Shown here piece by piece: positions 28,039-32,000 of a stretch of DNA of 32,000 bases (positions are counted from its first letter, which is position 1; the number at the start of each line of letters is the position of its first letter). The position numbers and the translations under genes are program-made. This stretch comes from Erysipelotrichaceae bacterium (lineage in GTDB: Bacteria > Bacillota_I > Bacilli_A > Erysipelotrichales > Erysipelotrichaceae): NCBI GenBank assembly GCA_963676105.1, contig OY781039.1:600001-632000 (forward strand), given 5' to 3'. The notes under the pieces are model-generated. The model saw only the letters and a program-made list of their open reading frames with translations. It was not told the DNA's origin and ran no database searches.

Positions 28039-28104
28039 ACAAACACTCCTTAGTAAATAAGACTAAATTAGTAAAACACTTGTGACATTTTTCGTCAATA
28101 TCAT

Positions 28105-28131
28105 TTGCATTTTTCACACTTCGTGTATAAT
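28105..28131 (+). promoter_or_regulatory. Candidate sigma-A promoter for spx
   Basis: TTGCAT (28105..28110) and TATAAT (28126..28131). The spacer is 15 nt, or 16 nt if TTTGCA is used, which is shorter than optimal. Confidence 0.4.
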
Positions 28132-28154
28132 GATTTATACGTAAGGAGGTGCAC

Positions 28155-28628
28155 ATGATTGTTGTTTATACATCACCTGGTTGTGCGAGTTGCCGTAAAG
28201 TTAAGCAATGGCTTAAAGACCGCGAACTTAAATATCTCGAAAAAAACATCTTCTCAACGCTCTTAAATGAGAATGAGATTAAACATCTTTTGATGCGTAG
28301 TGAAAATGGTACAGAAGATATCATTTCAAAACGTTCGAAGATTATACAAGAAACTAAAATTGATTTAGAAGAAATGTCCGTTAAAGAATTGGTTAAGTTT
28401 ATCCAACTCAACCCTTCTGTTTTAAAGAGACCAATTATCCTAAATGAAAAGAGTTTCCAAGTTGGATATGACGAAGAAGAAATCGATGCCTTTGTGCCTA
28501 AAGAACTTAGACGTGTGGCTAAAGAAGCCTGTACGATTGATTGTCCAAATTACCCTATTTGTGGCGATTGTCATACCGATACAGACTTAGAAAAAGCAGA
28601 TCAACCAAGACTTAAAATCACTCCGTAA
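28155..28628 (+). CDS. spx: Spx-family (ArsC-fold) transcriptional regulator with a Cys-rich C-terminal extension
   Basis: Starting at ATG 28155 (5 nt after AAGGAGG; the track's GTG at 28149 is the end of the SD), the CxxC lies at C10/C13 (TSPGCASCRK), as in canonical Spx. RPI and QVGYDEEEIDAFVP motifs are present. The extra tail is ACTIDCPNYPICGDCH.... Confidence 0.85.
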   Translation: MIVVYTSPGCASCRKVKQWLKDRELKYLEKNIFSTLLNENEIKHLLMRSENGTEDIISKRSKIIQETKIDLEEMSVKELVKFIQLNPSVLKRPIILNEKSFQVGYDEEEIDAFVPKELRRVAKEACTIDCPNYPICGDCHTDTDLEKADQPRLKITP

Positions 28629-28642
28629 TAGAGTGATTTTTT
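28617..28642 (+). terminator. Rho-independent terminator overlapping the spx stop codon
   Basis: ATCACTC-cgtaata-GAGTGAT followed by TTTTT. Confidence 0.6.
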
Positions 28643-28646
28643 ATTG

Positions 28647-28655
28647 TGCTATAAT
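28647..28655 (+). promoter_or_regulatory. Extended -10 element immediately upstream of mnmA
   Basis: TGCTATAAT, then 11 nt (gtgaatacttt) with no SD, then ATG at 28667. Confidence 0.4.
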
Positions 28656-28666
28656 GTGAATACTTT

Positions 28667-29809
28667 ATGAAAATACTTGTTGGATTATCAGGTGGTGTCG
28701 ATTCAGCCATCGCTGCCTATTTACTTAAAGAAGCAGGTCATGATGTGACCTGTGCTTTTATGCGCAATTGGGATTCTTTAACCAATAATGACATCTTAGG
28801 TAACCCAACCTTAGATGAAGCGATTTGTACCCAAGAACAGGACTATGAAGATGCGAAAGCTGTCGCAAAACAATTAGGACTCCCTTTAGAAAGAGTCGAT
28901 TATATACAAGAATATTGGGACAATGTTTTTCAAACGTTTTTAGATGAATATGAACATGGACGAACACCAAACCCTGATATCCTCTGTAATAAATACATAA
29001 AATTTGATGCCTTCTTTCAATATGCACAAGAAAATGGCTTTGATATGTTGGCAACGGGCCACTATGCTCGGGTCAAACATGAGTTAGATCACTCAGTGAT
29101 GTTAAGAGCGATTGATTCCAATAAAGATCAATCCTATTTTTTATGTCAAATATCACAAGATGCCTTAAGTAAAACCCTTTTCCCTTTAGGTGAACTCACA
29201 AAACCTGAAGTACGAGAAATTGCGGATAAATTACAGATTAAAGTTGCCCACAAAAAAGATAGCACTGGCATTTGTTTTATTGGTGAGCGTAACTTTAGAC
29301 AATTCTTAAGTAATTATTTACCTGCTAAAAACGGGAATATTATTAATCTAGAAACTAAAGAAATCATTGGACAACACAAAGGTGTGCTTTATTACACTTT
29401 AGGTCAACGTAAGGGTCTAGATATCTCAGCCCATCGTGGACCTTGGTTTGTGCTTGGCAAAGATATCTATAAGAATGAGTTATACGTTGTTAAAGGTGAA
29501 GATAATCCATGGTTATTTAATACCTCCTGTGATGTTAATCAAGTCAATTGGTTTAATCCCATTGATTTATCTCAAACGATTAAATGCACTGCGAAATTTA
29601 GATATCGTCAAGCGGATCAAGATGTATATATTCGACAAATTGATGAGCAAACTATTCGTGTTTCCTTTCCACAAGGCATCAAAGCCGTTGTGCCTGGACA
29701 AGAAGCGGTCTTCTATGATGGTGATATTTGTCTGGGTGGTGGTGTGATTGATGTCATTTATAAAGAAGATGTCGATGTCAGAAAATTGATCAGTGAGAAA
29801 CTCAAATGA
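28667..29809 (+). CDS. mnmA: tRNA 2-thiouridine(34) synthase
   Basis: 380 aa with PP-loop GLSGGVDSA, catalytic-Cys regions (NPDILCNKYIKF, DSTGICFIGE) and typical length. Confidence 0.95.
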   Translation: MKILVGLSGGVDSAIAAYLLKEAGHDVTCAFMRNWDSLTNNDILGNPTLDEAICTQEQDYEDAKAVAKQLGLPLERVDYIQEYWDNVFQTFLDEYEHGRTPNPDILCNKYIKFDAFFQYAQENGFDMLATGHYARVKHELDHSVMLRAIDSNKDQSYFLCQISQDALSKTLFPLGELTKPEVREIADKLQIKVAHKKDSTGICFIGERNFRQFLSNYLPAKNGNIINLETKEIIGQHKGVLYYTLGQRKGLDISAHRGPWFVLGKDIYKNELYVVKGEDNPWLFNTSCDVNQVNWFNPIDLSQTIKCTAKFRYRQADQDVYIRQIDEQTIRVSFPQGIKAVVPGQEAVFYDGDICLGGGVIDVIYKEDVDVRKLISEKLK

Positions 29810-30492
29810 TTAGTGATTTAAGTAAAAAACAACAAGCCATTCTTTTTATTCATTTAACTTTAGGACAAATGTTTTTATACCCACGGGGTTATGCTGTCAT
29901 TGCTGATCTATTAAATATGCAAACATGGCTTAGCACTGTCTACATCAACCTTCTTTTTTATAGCTTAATTCTATCTTCAAGTTTAATCTTAGCGAAAGAT
30001 TTATATCTTAAAAGTTGGCAAACATTTAAATCAAATATTAAAGAAAATATCTTTTTAGCCTTTAAACTCTTACCACTGCTTTATCTCTCTAGTATGGTCT
30101 TTAATGGTTTAGCCATTTATCTAAGTGGTCAAGATATCGCAGGAAATCAAGCTTTACTCAATGAAATGTATCAAACAAGTCCCCTTTTTATTATTGTGGC
30201 CGCAACGATATATGCCCCGATCATGGAAGAGCTTTTGTTTAGAGGATTCTTTTTTGGACTTTTTAAAGACAAGAATGTTTATCTAGCGCTTTTCATTTCA
30301 GGACTTACATTTGGTTTTGCCCATATGTATACACCAGAAATGAGTTTACTGGATTTTGCCTTTTTACCAAGTTATTCAGTATTAGGCATGATTATTGCTT
30401 ATAGCTATCATAAATCTCAAAACATCTATACCCCTGTACTACTACATTTTCTCAATAATTTTATTGGGATAGTTCTCATGTCTTTAGTTTAA
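29806..30492 (+). CDS. CPBP-family intramembrane glutamic endopeptidase (CAAX protease-like)
   Basis: 228 aa polytopic membrane protein with all three CPBP motifs: EELLFRG, FGFAH and HFLNN. ATGA overlap with the mnmA stop. Confidence 0.85.
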   Translation: MISDLSKKQQAILFIHLTLGQMFLYPRGYAVIADLLNMQTWLSTVYINLLFYSLILSSSLILAKDLYLKSWQTFKSNIKENIFLAFKLLPLLYLSSMVFNGLAIYLSGQDIAGNQALLNEMYQTSPLFIIVAATIYAPIMEELLFRGFFFGLFKDKNVYLALFISGLTFGFAHMYTPEMSLLDFAFLPSYSVLGMIIAYSYHKSQNIYTPVLLHFLNNFIGIVLMSLV

Positions 30493-32000
30493 ATGGAAAA
30501 CAAGATTGAAATAAAAGGTCAATTTGGCCACATCATTTATAACGATAAAAAAACGCGATATACTGTCGCGCGTTTTCGCTTATACGAACTTAATGAAAAA
30601 ATGATTACCGTAACTGGCTATCTACCTGATTTTCCTAAAGATATGATGGTTTCATTAAGTGGTGAGTATGTTGAACACCCACGCTTTGGCTTACAGTTTA
30701 AAGTCAGCTCATATCGAAGAATATTACCGACAGAACCAGATTCAATTGTTTCCTTTTTAAGTTCACCTTTATTTGTGGGAATCGGTAAGAAATTTGCGCA
30801 AGTGATTGTCGATACTCTAGGTGAAGAATGTTTAGATCAACTTAAAGCAGATCCTGATCTTTTAATAAAAGTTAAAGGTTACACTGAAAAGAAACGAAAT
30901 GCGATTATTGAAGGTTTTGCCTTAGCTGGAGAAGATGAAGAAGCACTTCGCTTTTTTAGTACCCATGGCTTTGGTATTCGTAATGTGATGCGCTTAGAAA
31001 AAGTTTATGGTAAGAAAGCCTATGAAGTGATTAAAGAAAACCCTTATCGCATGTGTGATGAAGTCGATGGAATTGGCTTTAAAACAGCTGATAAATTGGC
31101 TTTATCTATGGGCTTTGACATGGATGATGAAAGACGTCTAAAAGCGGCTTGTTCAGCTTTAGCCATGGATATCTGTATGCGTACAGGTGATTCATTTGTT
31201 GATTATGATTTATTACAGTCACGCTTTGTAAAACAATTTCCGCAAAGTGATTTTGAGAATATCATTGAACAGTGTTTAATTGAGCGTAAGTTAGTGGATG
31301 AAGATGGCATGATTTTCCCAGTCTCTCAATACATTGAAGAACGCTATGTTGCCCGCATATTAAGTCAATTCCCTTATGAATCACTGCCTGAAGTGGATGA
31401 ATTAAAACTCGAAGAACAAATCAGCATTTTTGAATCTGAAATCAATATTGAATATGATGAACTACAAAAAGAAGCGATTCATCAATTTTTCAGTGAGAAC
31501 TTTATGATTTTAACCGGTGGTCCAGGAACAGGTAAAACAACTGTTGTTGGGGCTATGATTCACTTGTTTAAACGCTTATACCCTGCTTACTCATTAGCTT
31601 GTGTTGCGCCAACCGGACGTGCCGCAAAACGTTTAAGTGAAATCAATGAAGTACAAGCTTATACGATTCATTCCCTTTTAAAATGGGACTTAGAAACCAA
31701 TACCTATGGCAAAAATGAACAAGAACCCTTGGAAGTCGATGTTTTAATCATTGATGAGTTTTCAATGGTGGATACCTATTTATTTGCGCAACTTTTAAAA
31801 GCATCACAAAAAGTAAAGAAAATATTAATCGTGGGAGATCGTGATCAATTACCATCGGTTGCGCCAGGTAATGTTTTATCTGACTTAATTGAGTCACATC
31901 AATTTCATAGTGTGGCTTTAGAAACCATATATCGTCAAGCTGATGGCTCAGATGTGATTACACTGGCTCATCAAATACGTCAAGAAAGCATTGATTTCTC
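30493..32000 (+). CDS. recD2: ATP-dependent RecD-like DNA helicase RecD2 (N-terminal ~502 aa; continues beyond window end)
   Basis: My own translation from ATG 30493 (TAAATG junction with the CPBP gene) gives MENKIEIKGQFGHIIYNDKKTRYTVARFRL..., the HhH region GIGKKFAQVIVDTLG, Walker A LTGGPGTGKTT, Walker B IIDEFSMVD and VGDRDQLPSV. It is absent from the track because no stop occurs within the window. Confidence 0.9.
   Translation, partial: MENKIEIKGQFGHIIYNDKKTRYTVARFRLYELNEKMITVTGYLPDFPKDMMVSLSGEYVEHPRFGLQFKVSSYRRILPTEPDSIVSFLSSPLFVGIGKKFAQVIVDTLGEECLDQLKADPDLLIKVKGYTEKKRNAIIEGFALAGEDEEALRFFSTHGFGIRNVMRLEKVYGKKAYEVIKENPYRMCDEVDGIGFKTADKLALSMGFDMDDERRLKAACSALAMDICMRTGDSFVDYDLLQSRFVKQFPQSDFENIIEQCLIERKLVDEDGMIFPVSQYIEERYVARILSQFPYESLPEVDELKLEEQISIFESEINIEYDELQKEAIHQFFSENFMILTGGPGTGKTTVVGAMIHLFKRLYPAYSLACVAPTGRAAKRLSEINEVQAYTIHSLLKWDLETNTYGKNEQEPLEVDVLIIDEFSMVDTYLFAQLLKASQKVKKILIVGDRDQLPSVAPGNVLSDLIESHQFHSVALETIYRQADGSDVITLAHQIRQESIDF

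Noticed and set aside
28075-28128. Two copies of ACACTT(C)GTG (CAC-N2-3-GTG mini-palindromes) flank or overlap the spx promoter and could be a repressor site.
   Set aside because: The elements are very short and resemble neither the PerR box nor the YodB box as I recall them. They are not distinguishable from chance by eye.
27950-28156. A 68-aa Cys-rich ORF on the minus strand (MCTSLRINHY...CFDDCGDCCWIRDIF) spans the permease/spx intergenic region and is tempting as a small secreted or metal-binding peptide.
   Set aside because: Its 3' two-thirds overlap the N-terminal coding region of the permease on the same strand in another frame. Its start lies on top of the spx RBS and start on the opposite strand. 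It has no SD. It is most likely a frame shadow.
1-32000. I looked for a novel accessory system: defence island, CRISPR array, toxin-antitoxin pair, transposase or integrase, prophage genes, or clusters of unknown ORFs.
   Set aside because: Every substantial ORF except two (2400..3182 and 3195..3929) has a recognisable housekeeping identity, and the gene order follows conserved Bacillota synteny. I saw no long repeats, spacer-repeat periodicity, recombinase motifs or abrupt compositional shifts while reading.
1-32000. I considered an alternative genetic code (UGA read as Trp, Mollicutes-like), given the low GC content and compact gene packing.
   Set aside because: TGA ends conserved ORFs at their expected lengths (murC at 1090, comEA at 18844, fmt at 13373, the YtxH-like gene at 118). 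Conserved Trp positions are encoded by TGG. No conserved gene is interrupted by an in-frame TGA.

Overview
The window is a compact, low-GC (about one-third GC by eye, not computed) stretch of core chromosome from a Bacillota-type organism with a cell wall (murC and mltG are present). It uses the standard genetic code: TGA ends several conserved ORFs and Trp is TGG. I count 34 protein-coding genes, two of them cut by the window edges, and almost all are housekeeping. On the minus strand they run LacI/CcpA-like regulator, two small YtxH/YtxG-like proteins, murC, acidic protein, lipoprotein, M42 peptidase, trmB, pepV-like dipeptidase, pnp, rpsO, hemW, MazG-like, lepA, ECF-S-like membrane protein, fmt, then a single-chain L-serine dehydratase, holA, comEC, comEA, greA, udk, mltG, DUF1292, ruvX, ireB, alaS, trpS and an APC permease. 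On the plus strand they are rpsT, spx-like, mnmA, a CPBP protease and recD2. The gene order matches, from memory, the B. subtilis ytx/murC, lepA-hemN, comE-holA-rpsT and alaS-yrzL-yrrK-yrzB-yrrL...udk-greA...recD2 neighbourhoods. The RNA-level features I can read directly are two T-box leaders (trpS with specifier UGG, alaS with specifier GCC), four intrinsic terminators, and a series of extended -10 (TGnTATAAT) promoters. I found no rRNA or tRNA genes, CRISPR array, transposase or integrase, phage genes, toxin-antitoxin pair or defence-like cluster, so I do not think the window holds a novel multi-gene system. The findings are modest single-gene or regulatory oddities. The main ones are an Spx regulator with a C-terminal 4-Cys extension, a very acidic disordered protein coupled to murC that ends in a clamp-binding-like QFSLF motif, and a trpS T-box with an unusually weak terminator. 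Others are competence genes embedded in a roughly 10 kb run of tightly packed housekeeping genes, fmt coupled to an ECF-S-like membrane protein, promoters abutting start codons (holA, mnmA), and a basic pentapeptide-repeat tail on PNPase. Four ORF-track starts (alaS, trpS, M42 peptidase, spx) are over-extended into their own Shine-Dalgarno sequence and are corrected below.
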